Notes under the pieces: generated by a model
The model's input: the letters and a program-made list of their open reading frames with translations, nothing else
Told to the model about the DNA's origin: nothing
Databases searched by the model: none
DNA from: Chloroflexota bacterium
GTDB taxonomy: Bacteria > Chloroflexota > Dehalococcoidia > UBA2979
Direction: 5' to 3'
Assembly (NCBI GenBank): GCA_027593235.1
Contig: JAQCIU010000017.1
Location: 272 to 64,271, forward strand
DNA: 64,000 bases
Program-made: the position numbers and the translations under genes
Shown here: positions 52,777 to 64,000 of the stretch, piece after piece
How the letters are laid out: every line of letters starts with the position of its first letter
Position numbering within the stretch: position 1 is the stretch's first letter

Positions 52777-54075
52777 ATGACCCCGGTTCCGCGCGTCACC
52801 CCCTCCGAGGCTTCGCGCATCGCCGTGCTCTCAATGCACACCTCGCCGCTGGCGCCGCTGGGCGGCGCCGCGACCGGCGGGATGAACGTCTACGTCCACG
52901 AGGTGTCGGAGCGGCTTGCCGAGCGCGGTCGGACGATCGACGTGTTTACGCGCCGCGACGATCCCGCAGCCCCAATGATCACCGAGTTCGCGCCCGGTGC
53001 GCGGCTCATTCAGATCGAGGCCGGACCGGCGGCGCCACTGCCGAAGACCGACCTCATTCACCACACCGCGGCGTTCGCCGCTGGGATCGAGGCGTTCCGG
53101 GCCAGTGAGGGCACCCACTACGACCTGATTCACTCGCACTACTGGCTGTCCGGCGTCGCCGGCGAGCGGCTGACGGCCGAATGGGGCGTCCCACACGTCG
53201 CTATGTTCCACACGCTGGGCGAGGTGAAGTTGCGCGCACGCGCGTCCGAGCACGAGCCGCCCGAGCGCCTCGAGGCTGAGCGCCGGCTCGTGCAGTCGCT
53301 GGACCGCGTGATCGCCGCCACGAGCTACGAGGAGCGCCTGCTGCGCCAGGTCTACGGCGTTCCGGCGGACCGCATCGACGTGATCCCGCTGGGCGTCGAT
53401 CCGGAACGGTTCCACCCCGGTTCGCGCGAAGCGGCGCGACGGCAGCTTGGGATCGCCGCCGAAGACCGTATCGTGCTCGCCGTCGGCAGAATTGAGCCGC
53501 TCAAAGGCCTCGACATCCTGATCCGCGCGATCGCGCAGATCACGGATCAGCGGGCATTGCGGCTGCTGATCATCGGTGGCGACGAGCAGGCACGCCCGGA
53601 GTTCGATCGCCTCAGCGCAATCGCCGAAGAGGTTGGCGTTCGCCACCTGGTCTCCTTCGTCGGCGCGATCGCGCACCACGAATTGCCTGAGTACTACCGC
53701 GCGGCGGACGTGGTGGTGATGCCCTCGTTCTCCGAGTCGTTCGGGCTGGTTGCGGTCGAGGCGATGGCCTCGGGCGTTCCGGTGGTCGTCTCGCGCGTCG
53801 GTGGGCTGGCCTCGACGGTGGCGGACGGGCGGACCGGGTACCTGGTGCCGTGGCGCTGCCCGGAGCCATTCGCGGAAAAGATCGAGCTGCTGCTGCGAAA
53901 CGAACCACTACGCAAGGCCCTCGGCGCCGCCGGGGTGGAGCGGATGCGCGACTTCTCATGGCATTCGGTCGCTGAACGGCTGCTGCTGCTCTACGACGAA
54001 TTGGCGCGCGACGGCGTGGCGCGGACCGCGGAAACCGCACAAGTCGCGGACGCCGCCAGTGCGGCGGGGGGATAG
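52777..54075 (+). CDS. GT4 glycosyltransferase, MshA/BshA-like
   Basis: RIAVLSMHTSPLAPLGGAATGGMNVYV is nearly identical in pattern to the MshA N-terminus. The C-terminal half carries the E-x7-E region PSFSESFGLVAVEAMASG. The ORF is open from 52741, so the start is uncertain. Confidence 0.75.
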   Translation: MTPVPRVTPSEASRIAVLSMHTSPLAPLGGAATGGMNVYVHEVSERLAERGRTIDVFTRRDDPAAPMITEFAPGARLIQIEAGPAAPLPKTDLIHHTAAFAAGIEAFRASEGTHYDLIHSHYWLSGVAGERLTAEWGVPHVAMFHTLGEVKLRARASEHEPPERLEAERRLVQSLDRVIAATSYEERLLRQVYGVPADRIDVIPLGVDPERFHPGSREAARRQLGIAAEDRIVLAVGRIEPLKGLDILIRAIAQITDQRALRLLIIGGDEQARPEFDRLSAIAEEVGVRHLVSFVGAIAHHELPEYYRAADVVVMPSFSESFGLVAVEAMASGVPVVVSRVGGLASTVADGRTGYLVPWRCPEPFAEKIELLLRNEPLRKALGAAGVERMRDFSWHSVAERLLLLYDELARDGVARTAETAQVADAASAAGG

Positions 54076-54078
54076 CCG

Positions 54079-54870
54079 ATGACCAGCGCTCCGGACGTGG
54101 CCGTCCAGGTCGACGTGATCGAGGAGATGACGGAAGCCGGCACGCGCAGCGCGATGGTGGTGATGGCGCACCCGGATGACAACGAATTCGTCTGCGGTGG
54201 CACCGTGGCGCGGCTCTGCGAGCTGGGCTGGGCTGTACACATCGTGGTCACGACCAGCGGCAACAAGGGTACGAAAGACATCGATATGACGCCGCAGCGG
54301 TTGGCGGCGACCCGCGAGGAGGAGCAGCGCCGCGCGGCGGCGATCCTGGGCGCGGACGAACCGACCTTCCTCGGCTTCCCGGACGGCTACATCGAGAACA
54401 CCAACGAGCTACGCGGGCTGATCGTCCGCCAGTTGCGGATCCACCGGCCCGATCTGGTGATCACGTGGGACGGGTTCCGCCCCGGCTTCAACCACCGCGA
54501 TCACCGGCGGACGGGACGCGCCACCTACGACGCGATTTACCCGGCCGGCGACGATCATCTCTACTACCCGCGCGACAAGGACGAGGGCTTCGAGCCCTAC
54601 CGCCCTCGGGTGTTGTTGCTGGCGGGGACGAACGAGCCTGACTACCACGTCGACATCAGCGGCGTGCTGCGGACGAAGGTGCGCTCGATCATGGCGCACG
54701 AATCGCAGATGGGCGGGCGCGACGAAGAAGCGATGCTCGATCGGTACCGAACGCGGGCGATCGAGGATGCGCGTCAGCGGGCTGTCAGGGAGTCGCGTGA
54801 GTTTGAGCCCGAGTTAGAGGCAGAGGGGTTACTCTTTCAAGAGTCGTTTCGCCTGGTGCGATTCGGCTGA
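54079..54870 (+). CDS. PIG-L/LmbE-family deacetylase (MshB/BshB-like)
   Basis: VVMAHPDDNEFVCGGT (the AHPDD zinc motif) and the downstream HRDH. Confidence 0.8.
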   Translation: MTSAPDVAVQVDVIEEMTEAGTRSAMVVMAHPDDNEFVCGGTVARLCELGWAVHIVVTTSGNKGTKDIDMTPQRLAATREEEQRRAAAILGADEPTFLGFPDGYIENTNELRGLIVRQLRIHRPDLVITWDGFRPGFNHRDHRRTGRATYDAIYPAGDDHLYYPRDKDEGFEPYRPRVLLLAGTNEPDYHVDISGVLRTKVRSIMAHESQMGGRDEEAMLDRYRTRAIEDARQRAVRESREFEPELEAEGLLFQESFRLVRFG

Positions 54871-54915
54871 CCCCGCGCGCAAGCGCAGACGTTGATCGGT
54901 GCGTTCGCGCCTCGG

Positions 54916-54943
54916 TTGACACTCCCCAGACTGTCGGTAGACT
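54916..54943 (+). promoter_or_regulatory. candidate str-operon promoter
   Basis: TTGACA (54916-54921), a 16-bp spacer, then TAGACT (54938-54943). An untranslated leader of about 300 nt follows before rpsL. Confidence 0.4.
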
Positions 54944-55253
54944 CAGAGGTCGCGCCTCCCGGGGTGCGCGTCCCCATCGCGGTCGATTGGGCATCGTGTA
55001 GTGAGGACCGGCGGCAATGTGCGTTCGCGCACGCCGTGGCGAGGCTCATTACCAGCCATTCGGCCGTTCGTTGTGTCCGGGAACAGACGCCCGGTTACGC
55101 CGGAAATGTGGATGAACCGAGACGTTGACGGGCGCTTCCGTTGGAGGCGCTCGACGGCGATCGATCCGCTGACGGGTTGGTCGACGCAGACGGTTCGGAC
55201 GAGCGGTAAACGAAGCGTGCCGGCATCCGCCGGAAACTGGAAGTGGAGGCGAC

Positions 55254-55667
55254 GTGCCGACGATTAGTCAGCTCGTTCGCAACGGCCGTCAGCCGGTCCG
55301 AAAGAAGACGAAGGCGCCCGCGTTGCGCTTCCGGTTCAACACGCTCAACAACCGCATGCGTCGATCGCCCAAGGGCTCGCCGCAGAAGCGTGGCGTGTGC
55401 ACCCAGGTGCGAACCGTCACCCCCAAGAAGCCGAACTCCGCGCTCCGCAAGGTGGCGCGTGTGCGGTTGTCCAACGGGATTGAGGTCACGGCCTACATTC
55501 CCGGTGAGGGGCACTCGCTGCAGGAGCACTCCGTAGTGCTGATTCGCGGCGGTCGAGTCAAGGATCTCCCAGGCGTGCGATATCACATCGTACGTGGTGC
55601 TCTGGACGCTACTGGCGTCTCGGGCCGTAAGCGTGGTCGTAGCAAGTACGGCACCCGGAAGAGTTAG
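55254..55667 (+). CDS. rpsL: 30S ribosomal protein S12
   Basis: [26 protein letters not shown] and [14 protein letters not shown]. Confidence 0.95.
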   Translation: MPTISQLVRNGRQPVRKKTKAPALRFRFNTLNNRMRRSPKGSPQKRGVCTQVRTVTPKKPNSALRKVARVRLSNGIEVTAYIPGEGHSLQEHSVVLIRGGRVKDLPGVRYHIVRGALDATGVSGRKRGRSKYGTRKS

Positions 55668-55669
55668 CA

Positions 55670-56137
55670 ATGCGGCGTAACCAGGCCCCCCAGCGTCCGG
55701 TCACGCCGGATCCCCGTTACAACTCGCGGTTGGTGGCGAAGTTCATCAACAGCGTGATGGTGAGCGGCAAGAAAAGCACCGCCGAGCGCGTGGTTTACAC
55801 CGCGTTCGCGCAGGTGGAAGAGCGATCCGGTCGCCAGGGTATCGACATTTTCGAACAAGCCGTTCGAAATGTGACCCCGGTGATTGAGGTCAAGCCGCGC
55901 CGCGTCGGCGGTACGACTTACCAGGTCCCGATCGACATCCGCAGCGAGCGCCGCCAGGCGCTCGCGCTGCGTTGGCTGTTGACGGCCGCGCGGAACCGCG
56001 GTGGCCGGTCGATGGGCGAGAAGCTGGCATCCGAACTGCTGGATGCCGCGAACAATGCCGGAAATGCGGTGCGTCGCAAGGAAGAAGTGCACCGCATGGC
56101 GGAGGCGAACCGCGCGTTCGTGCACTACCGCTGGTAG
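55670..56137 (+). CDS. rpsG: 30S ribosomal protein S7
   Basis: DPRYNS, LVAKFIN.VM..GKKS and the terminal ANRAFVHYRW. Confidence 0.95.
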   Translation: MRRNQAPQRPVTPDPRYNSRLVAKFINSVMVSGKKSTAERVVYTAFAQVEERSGRQGIDIFEQAVRNVTPVIEVKPRRVGGTTYQVPIDIRSERRQALALRWLLTAARNRGGRSMGEKLASELLDAANNAGNAVRRKEEVHRMAEANRAFVHYRW

Positions 56138-56264
56138 CGCCACTGAACCGGTAGGCCCGCCCCTGCTTGAGCGGGGACGGATCGTCCCCGGACTCACGGA
56201 CGCAACGAAGAGAAGTTAGAACGAGCGCTGGCCCACGCTGTGGGCCGGTGGACATGAGGAACCG

Positions 56265-58349
<2,085 letters not shown>

Positions 58350-58439
58350 ACGCAGCCTGCGGGATATGAGCAATACGCATTGCGTCCCAGAGGGGCGTGA
58401 TGGGGAGGCGCCGGGAGACCGGCTGGAGACGACGAAGCG

Positions 58440-58748
58440 ATGTCACAACAGAGAATTCGAATCAAGCTTCGCGCCTTCGATCATCGCGTGCTCGACGCAT
58501 CTGCCCGGCAGATCGTGGAGTCCGCTGAGCGAACCGGTGCGGTGGTCGCGGGCCCGGTCCCGTTGCCGACACGCATCCGGAAGTACACGGTGATCCGATC
58601 GCCGTTCATCGACAAGGACTCGCGGGATCAGTTCGAGACGCGCACGCACAAGCGTCTGATCGACATCCTCGAACCAACGTCTCGCACCGTCGACACGCTG
58701 ATGCGGCTGCAACTGCCGTCCGGTGTCGACATCGAGATCAAGCTGTAG
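58440..58748 (+). CDS. rpsJ: 30S ribosomal protein S10
   Basis: [16 protein letters not shown]...GPVPLPT....[25 protein letters not shown]. Confidence 0.95.
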   Translation: MSQQRIRIKLRAFDHRVLDASARQIVESAERTGAVVAGPVPLPTRIRKYTVIRSPFIDKDSRDQFETRTHKRLIDILEPTSRTVDTLMRLQLPSGVDIEIKL

Positions 58749-58756
58749 GGCCTGGC

Positions 58757-59638
58757 ATGCCGAGCGTAACCGCACTTCCTGGACTAATCGGCCGCAAGGT
58801 CGGGATGATGACCCTCTACGACGGGGCCGGTCGCGCCCGTGGCGTGACGGTGCTGGAGATGGTGGGCAACCGTGTCACCCAGATCCGGACCTCCGATCGC
58901 GACGGCTACGAGGCCGTCCAGGTCGGGGCACCGGGGCGTCGCAAGCGCCTGACGCAGCCGGAGCGCGGTCACCTGCGCCTCGCCGGCCTTGAGCGTAAGG
59001 TGTTGAGCGAGCTGAAAGAGTTCCGCGTTACCAACATCGGCGCGTTCGAGCTGGGTCAGACGCTGGACGTCGATCAGTTCGAGCCCGGTGTTTACCTGAA
59101 CGTCACCGCGACCTCCAAGGGGCGCGGCTTCGCCGGCGTTGTGAAGCGCTGGAACTTCCGAGGTGGCCCGAAGACCCACGGTCAGTCAGACCGTCACCGC
59201 GCCCCCGGTTCGATCGGCGCCGGTACGACGCCCGGACGCGTGTGGAAGGGCCAGAAAATGGGCGGCCACATGGGTGCCCGCCGGACTACCGAGGTCAATC
59301 ACCTGCTGGTCTACGTGGACGCCGGCCGCCAGTTGCTGTTCATCGAAGGTTCCGTTCCGGGACCGCGTGATGGCATCGTCGCCGTCTCCGTCGCACGCAA
59401 GCGCGCGGTCGTTGACTATGCGCCGCCCGTGCTCTCAATCCCCGAGGTGGAGCAGGTGCTCGCCGAGGAGCCGGAACTCGTCGCCGATGACGCGGCAGAA
59501 CTGGACGCCGCGGCCGCCACCGCCGAACTGACGACGGACGAGAGCGCCGCCGCGGACGCACCAGCCGCCGAGGCCGCCGAGGCCGCTGCGGACGACGCGC
59601 CTTCCGAGGACGAAGCGAAGGACGAGGCAGGCGCATGA
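58757..59638 (+). CDS. rplC: 50S ribosomal protein L3 with an acidic Ala-rich C-terminal tail
   Basis: [28 protein letters not shown] and HRAPGSIG. 293 aa against a usual length of about 210. Confidence 0.93.
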   Translation: MPSVTALPGLIGRKVGMMTLYDGAGRARGVTVLEMVGNRVTQIRTSDRDGYEAVQVGAPGRRKRLTQPERGHLRLAGLERKVLSELKEFRVTNIGAFELGQTLDVDQFEPGVYLNVTATSKGRGFAGVVKRWNFRGGPKTHGQSDRHRAPGSIGAGTTPGRVWKGQKMGGHMGARRTTEVNHLLVYVDAGRQLLFIEGSVPGPRDGIVAVSVARKRAVVDYAPPVLSIPEVEQVLAEEPELVADDAAELDAAAATAELTTDESAAADAPAAEAAEAAADDAPSEDEAKDEAGA

Positions 59639-60297
59639 AGTTGCAGGTCTTCGACGCCGCCGGGCAGTCGGTCGAAGAGATCGACGCCGACGACCTGGTG
59701 TTCGGCATTGAGCCGAACGAACCGGTCGTACACCAGACGCTGCTGGCGCAGCTTGCCGCGCGCCGCAGTGGTTCAGCCAACACGAAGAGCCGTGGCGAGG
59801 TGAATGGTTCGACGCGCAAGCTGCGTCGCCAGAAGGGCCTCGGCATGGCGCGCGTCGGCTCGGCAAACTCGCCGATCCGTCGTGGCGGTGGCGTGGCCTT
59901 CGGCCCGCACCAGCGCTCCTACGTGCAGAAGCTGCCGAAGCGCATGCGCCGGCTGGCGATCCGTTCGGTGCTCTCCTCGCGGGTGGCCGAAGGTCGGCTG
60001 CGGGTGCTGAGCGACTTTGGCTTCGATCAGCCGTCGACGCAGAAGATGGCTGGCGTGCTGGCCGCTGCCGAGGCTGGTCGATCGGTGCTGATCGTGACTG
60101 GCACCTCGGACTCGATGGTGCTGCGCTCCGCGCGGAACCTGCCGGGCGCGGATGTCACCCCTGCGGACACGTTGAACGTGGCCGACATGCTGGCCCACGG
60201 CACGATGCTGGTCACGGTGGACGCCATCCGCCGCATCGAAGCCCTCTGGGGCGGCGAGCGCGCGAGCGGTCGCTCGCCCGTCGCGATGGAGGCGTAG
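59635..60297 (+). CDS. rplD: 50S ribosomal protein L4
   Basis: G.A.TK.RGEV.GS.RK..RQKG.G.AR.G and PQRSY. It overlaps the rplC stop (ATGA). Confidence 0.93.
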   Translation: MKLQVFDAAGQSVEEIDADDLVFGIEPNEPVVHQTLLAQLAARRSGSANTKSRGEVNGSTRKLRRQKGLGMARVGSANSPIRRGGGVAFGPHQRSYVQKLPKRMRRLAIRSVLSSRVAEGRLRVLSDFGFDQPSTQKMAGVLAAAEAGRSVLIVTGTSDSMVLRSARNLPGADVTPADTLNVADMLAHGTMLVTVDAIRRIEALWGGERASGRSPVAMEA

Positions 60298-60600
60298 ATG
60301 TCGAAGCCGATCCATCCCTACGAGGTGCTGCGGCGCCCGGTGGTCACGGAGAAGAGCACGATGCTGTCCGCACAGGGCAAGTACGTGTTCGAAGTGATGC
60401 CGGCCGCGAACAAGCATCAGATCAAAGCAGCCGTTGAAAAGGCCTTCGACGTGAAGGTGCTGGCGGTGAACACCTCGAACGAGCGTGGCCGCCGGCCGCG
60501 CTCGCGGAACGGCCGTCGTGACGGCAACCCGCCGACGTACAAGAAGGCCATTGTGACCGTCGCGCCCGGCGATCAAATTGAATTCTTCGAGGGCGTCTAG
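60298..60600 (+). CDS. rplW: 50S ribosomal protein L23
   Basis: [14 protein letters not shown] and [17 protein letters not shown]. Confidence 0.93.
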   Translation: MSKPIHPYEVLRRPVVTEKSTMLSAQGKYVFEVMPAANKHQIKAAVEKAFDVKVLAVNTSNERGRRPRSRNGRRDGNPPTYKKAIVTVAPGDQIEFFEGV

Positions 60601-60602
60601 TC

Positions 60603-61436
60603 ATGCCAATCCGAAACTTCCGCCCCACCTCGCCCGGCCGTCGTAATGCGTCCGGCTACACCTTCGAAGAGCTGACCAAGAAGAAGCCCGAGAAGCGGCT
60701 GCTGGTCGCCAAGAAGCGAAGTTCCGGCCGCAGCCAGGGTCGGATCAGCGTCCGTCGCCGTGGTGGTGGTCACAAGCGCCACATCCGTATCGTTGACTTC
60801 AAGCGCGACAAGATCGGCGTGCCCGGTCGCGTCGCCGCGATCGAGTACGACCCCAACCGCAGCGCGCGCCTGGCGTTGATCTTCTACGCCGACGGCGACA
60901 AGCGGTACATCCTGGCCCCGGATGGGCTGAAAGTGGATGCGAACATCGTCGCCGGGCCGGAAGCGCCGGTCGCGGTCGGCAACGCGCTGCCGCTGTCGAT
61001 CATCCCGACAGGTACGCCTGTGCATAACGTGGAGTTGCAGCCCGGACGTGGTGGCCAGCTTGGCCGTTCCGCCGGCGCGAACATCCGCTTGATGGCCCGC
61101 GACCAGGGTTACGCGCTGCTGCGCATGCCCTCCGGCGAGATGCGCCAGGTGGCGGAAGCCTGCCTCGCGACCATCGGCACCGTTGGGAACGCGGAGCACA
61201 GCCAGGTCAAGTTGGGTAAGGCCGGACGTAACCGGCACCGTGGTCGCCGACCGTCGGTGCGTGGTTCCGCGATGAACCCCGTAGATCACCCGCACGGCGG
61301 CGGCGAGGGCAAGGCCCCCGTTGGTATGCCGGGACCGAAAACACCGTGGGGCAAGCCCGCACTGGGATTCCGCACCCGCCGCAACAAGCGCACGGACAAA
61401 TACATCGTGCGCCGTCGCGGCCAGGGTCGTCGGTAG
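60603..61436 (+). CDS. rplB: 50S ribosomal protein L2
   Basis: [22 protein letters not shown] and [16 protein letters not shown]. Confidence 0.95.
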   Translation: MPIRNFRPTSPGRRNASGYTFEELTKKKPEKRLLVAKKRSSGRSQGRISVRRRGGGHKRHIRIVDFKRDKIGVPGRVAAIEYDPNRSARLALIFYADGDKRYILAPDGLKVDANIVAGPEAPVAVGNALPLSIIPTGTPVHNVELQPGRGGQLGRSAGANIRLMARDQGYALLRMPSGEMRQVAEACLATIGTVGNAEHSQVKLGKAGRNRHRGRRPSVRGSAMNPVDHPHGGGEGKAPVGMPGPKTPWGKPALGFRTRRNKRTDKYIVRRRGQGRR

Positions 61437-61445
61437 GAGGCTCGG

Positions 61446-61730
61446 ATGTCCCGTTCGACGAAAAAGGGCCCCTTCGTGCATCCGAAGCTGATGCGGAAGG
61501 TGCTCGAAGCACAGGCAGCGACCCGCAAGGAAGTGATCCGGACGTGGTCGCGTGCGTCCACGATCCTTCCGGAGATGGTTGGGCTGACGATCGCCGTTCA
61601 CGACGGTCGTCGCCACATCCCGGTGTTCTGCACGGAAAACATGGTTGGTCACAAGCTCGGCGAGTTCGCGTTCACGCGGACGTTCCGCGGTCACCGCGGG
61701 CGCTCGGAAGCTATCTCCCGCGCGCGCTAG
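61446..61730 (+). CDS. rpsS: 30S ribosomal protein S19
   Basis: [22 protein letters not shown] and V.NG......V...[11 protein letters not shown]. Confidence 0.95.
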   Translation: MSRSTKKGPFVHPKLMRKVLEAQAATRKEVIRTWSRASTILPEMVGLTIAVHDGRRHIPVFCTENMVGHKLGEFAFTRTFRGHRGRSEAISRAR

Positions 61731-61760
61731 CGCGCTGGACAAGGACTGCAGGAAATACCG

Positions 61761-62102
61761 ATGGAAGTCAGAGCGCTCGCCACCGATCAGCCAGTCTCAC
61801 CGCAGAAGGTGCGGCTGGTCCTCGCTCAAATCGAGGGGATGCCGGTCGCCGAGGCGCTCGCGCTCCTCGAGTTCCTGCCCGCGCCGTCGGCGCGGATGGT
61901 GCACAAGGTGGTGCGTTCCGCTGCGGCGAACGCGGAGAACAATTTCGATCTCAATCCGGACGCGCTGATCATCAAGCGAGCAATCGCAGGTGACGGACGG
62001 ATGCTGAAGCGGTTCAAGGCACGATCACGCGGACGCGTGGCGCCGCGCCTGAAGCGCTTCTCGCACATTGAGGTCGTGGTCGAAGGGGATGAGTACTACT
62101 AA
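61761..62102 (+). CDS. rplV: 50S ribosomal protein L22
   Basis: SPQKVRLV...I.G..V.EAL..L.F and KR...RA.GR.....R.SHI. Confidence 0.93.
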   Translation: MEVRALATDQPVSPQKVRLVLAQIEGMPVAEALALLEFLPAPSARMVHKVVRSAAANAENNFDLNPDALIIKRAIAGDGRMLKRFKARSRGRVAPRLKRFSHIEVVVEGDEYY

Positions 62103-62770
62103 TGGGTCGTAAAGTTCATCCCTACGGCTTCCGTGTCGGTGTCTACAAGGACTGGCAGTCCAAGTGGTTCGCCGAACGCGGATACGCCGGCCTCGTCGCC
62201 GAGGATCTGAAGCTGCGCAAAGTGATCCTGGACGCGCTGCCGGACGCCGGTGTGTCGCAGATCCTGATCGACCGCAATGCCAACCAGATCACCATGACCG
62301 TGAAGACCGCCAAGCCCGGTATCGTCATCGGACGCGGCGGTCAGAACGCGGAGATGCTGCGCACGCTGCTGCAGAACTCCACCGACAAGCGGATTCGCCT
62401 CAACATCGAAGAGATTCGCGTGCCGGAGCTGGACGCCTACCTGGTGGCGCGCTCCGTCGCGGATCAGCTCGAGCGCCGTGTCGCCTTCCGCCGTGCGATG
62501 AAGCAGGGCGTGCAGCGCACGATGCAGCGCGGCGCCCTCGGTTGTCGCGTGAAGATCGGCGGCCGCCTCGGCGGTTCCGAGATGTCGCGGGTGGAGCAGG
62601 AGATGCAGGGCCGCGTGCCGTTGCACACGCTGCGCGCGGACATCGACTTCGGCCTCGCCGAAGCGCGGACATCGTTCGGCGTCATCGGCGTGAAGTGCTG
62701 GATTTACAAGGGCGACGTCACGCCGGAGTCGAACCCGCTGAGCCTGATTACCGTTGAAGGTTCGGAGTAG
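62102..62770 (+). CDS. rpsC: 30S ribosomal protein S3
   Basis: MGRKVHPYGFR.G, KPGIVIGRGG and the GGRLGG.EM.R KH/S3-C motifs. Confidence 0.95.
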   Translation: MGRKVHPYGFRVGVYKDWQSKWFAERGYAGLVAEDLKLRKVILDALPDAGVSQILIDRNANQITMTVKTAKPGIVIGRGGQNAEMLRTLLQNSTDKRIRLNIEEIRVPELDAYLVARSVADQLERRVAFRRAMKQGVQRTMQRGALGCRVKIGGRLGGSEMSRVEQEMQGRVPLHTLRADIDFGLAEARTSFGVIGVKCWIYKGDVTPESNPLSLITVEGSE

Positions 62771-62776
62771 CTCGCC

Positions 62777-63193
62777 ATGTTGATGCCACGACGGACCAAA
62801 TATCGAAAGCAGTTCCGCGGCAAGCGCCGCGGTGCCGCGCAGACCGGCAACGCCGTCGCTTTCGGCGAGTTCGGCCTGCAAGCGCAAACGACTGCCTGGA
62901 TCGATGCCCGCCAGATCGAGGCCGCACGACGTGCGATCACCGGATCGTTGAAGCGCGGCGGCAAGGTCTGGATCCGGATTTTCCCGGACAAGCCGGTCAC
63001 CAAGAAGCCGGTCGAAGTGCGCATGGGTAAAGGTAAGGGCGCCACCGATCGTTGGGTCGCCGTGGTCAAGCGTGGTCGCGTGATCTTCGAGGTCGCCGGC
63101 GTGCCTGAGGACGCCGCGCGCGAAGCGTTCCGCCGCGCCCACCACAAGCTGCCCGTGAAGACGCGAATCATCACCCGCGAGGAGGCGTTCTAG
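62777..63193 (+). CDS. rplP: 50S ribosomal protein L16
   Basis: [20 protein letters not shown] and W.AVVK.GR..FE. Confidence 0.95.
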   Translation: MLMPRRTKYRKQFRGKRRGAAQTGNAVAFGEFGLQAQTTAWIDARQIEAARRAITGSLKRGGKVWIRIFPDKPVTKKPVEVRMGKGKGATDRWVAVVKRGRVIFEVAGVPEDAAREAFRRAHHKLPVKTRIITREEAF

Positions 63194-63423
63194 TGGCGTC
63201 CCCACAAGCAGTTGAACTGCGCGCCCGCACCGATGCGGAGCTGACCGCGGAGCTGGAAGAGGCGCACCAGGCGCTGTTCAACCTCCGCTTTCAGGCCGCG
63301 ACGCGCCAGTTGGCCAACGTCTCGCAGGTGGGCGCCGCGCGTCGACGAATCGCCCGGATCAAGACGCTGCTCAAGGAGCGCGCGATCCTGGCCGCCGTCG
63401 ACGCACAGAAGAACGAGGGGTAG
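63193..63423 (+). CDS. rpmC: 50S ribosomal protein L29
   Basis: ELR....EL...L.E....LFNLRFQ.AT.QL pattern. It overlaps the rplP stop. Confidence 0.9.
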   Translation: MASPQAVELRARTDAELTAELEEAHQALFNLRFQAATRQLANVSQVGAARRRIARIKTLLKERAILAAVDAQKNEG

Positions 63424-63432
63424 GAGACCGCT

Positions 63433-63918
63433 ATGACCCAAGAGCAGGCGGTCAACCGCAAGGCTCGTGTCGGCACCGTGGTGTCTGACATCAACGATCA
63501 GACCGTCGTGGTCGAGATCGAACGAGCCGCCCGTCACCGCATCTACCGCAAGGTGATCCGGCGGACGAAGAAGTACCACGTACACGACCCGAACAACGAG
63601 GCCACCCGTGGCGACCTCGTGCGTATCGAAGAGTGCCGGCCGATCAGCAAGCTGAAGCGCTGGCGCCTGGTCGAGGTGCTGACCGAACGTGCCGTCGCCG
63701 ACGTGGCGCCGGAAGCGATCGGCCAGGAACTCGTCGAGGAAGTGCAGCGCAGCGCCACCAACGCCGCGGCCGATGAAGCAGCAGCCGCCGAGGCCGCCGG
63801 CGAGTCGCCCGTTGCCGAAGCACCCGCCGCTGAAGCGCCCGTCGTTGAAGCGCCCGTCGCTGACGCAGTGACCGAGCCGGCTGCCGAGCCGACCGCAGAT
63901 GAGCAGAAGGCCGAGTAG
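63433..63918 (+). CDS. rpsQ: 30S ribosomal protein S17 with an acidic Ala/Glu/Pro C-terminal tail
   Basis: G.VVSD...QTVVV.IER...H..Y.K.I.R.KKY.VHD..NE...GD.V.I.ECRP.SK.KRW.LVEV core, then about 75 extra residues. Confidence 0.92.
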   Translation: MTQEQAVNRKARVGTVVSDINDQTVVVEIERAARHRIYRKVIRRTKKYHVHDPNNEATRGDLVRIEECRPISKLKRWRLVEVLTERAVADVAPEAIGQELVEEVQRSATNAAADEAAAAEAAGESPVAEAPAAEAPVVEAPVADAVTEPAAEPTADEQKAE

Positions 63919-63920
63919 CG

Positions 63921-64000
63921 ATGATTCAGCAGGAATCACGGGTTGCAGTGGCCGATAACAGCGGCGCGCGCGAGGTGCTCTGCATCCGCGTGCTTGGTGG
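63921..64000 (+). CDS. rplN: 50S ribosomal protein L14 (3' end outside window)
   Basis: [27 protein letters not shown] is the canonical L14 N-terminus, truncated by the window edge. Confidence 0.9.
   Translation, partial: MIQQESRVAVADNSGAREVLCIRVLG

Overview
High-GC (about 68-70%) bacterial chromosomal segment, almost entirely coding, with most genes on the + strand. No rRNA, tRNA, CRISPR array, transposase or integrase was recognised. Several traits point to a Chloroflexota/Thermomicrobia-like Terrabacteria lineage, though this is inference only. They are a split cytochrome b with subunit IV, Rieske and dihaem c; deazaflavin-type nitroreductase paralogs; an MshA/PIG-L pair; and a DnaD/DnaI-type helicase loader. 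Gene content in order follows. (1) A 5'-partial M23 peptidase, lgt and a glutaredoxin-like protein. (2) A sulfur-carrier island from about 1.97 to 14.7 kb. It holds a SAM-I riboswitch, a ThrC-like PLP enzyme, a stand-alone NIL protein and a MoaD-like carrier. It then holds a frameshifted alpha/beta hydrolase, an Rrf2 regulator, cysK, a second carrier, a rhodanese-less E1, a third (CysO-like) carrier and cysM. After five unrelated genes it ends with a JAMM protease coupled to a PaaI thioesterase. (3) folP-folK. (4) purF-purM-purH. (5) A GT2 transferase and a cytochrome bc-type operon with flanking mini-ORFs. (6) rpsU, yqeY and a 7TM-HD hydrolase. (7) purQ-purL and a CYTH protein. (8) A promoter carrying two SOS-box-like sites ahead of a structured leader, rplI, dnaB, a DnaD-like gene and a loader with two AAA+ modules. 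(9) A MoaD-MoaE fusion, two tandem MFS genes, comF and an orphan ORF. (10) glyA, rpsF-ssb-rpsR and a PPIase. (11) hom, a coiled-coil ORF and thrC. (12) An MshA-like GT4 and a PIG-L deacetylase. (13) The str/S10 ribosomal cluster from rpsL to rplN, without tuf. The most interesting signal is the network of three ubiquitin-like sulfur carriers served by one E1 and one JAMM, including a SAM-riboswitch-controlled ThrC-like/NIL/carrier module. Next are the putative LexA-controlled promoter upstream of rplI-dnaB and the duplicated-AAA+ helicase loader. All functional calls rest on motifs read by eye from the ORF translations. No database search was run.
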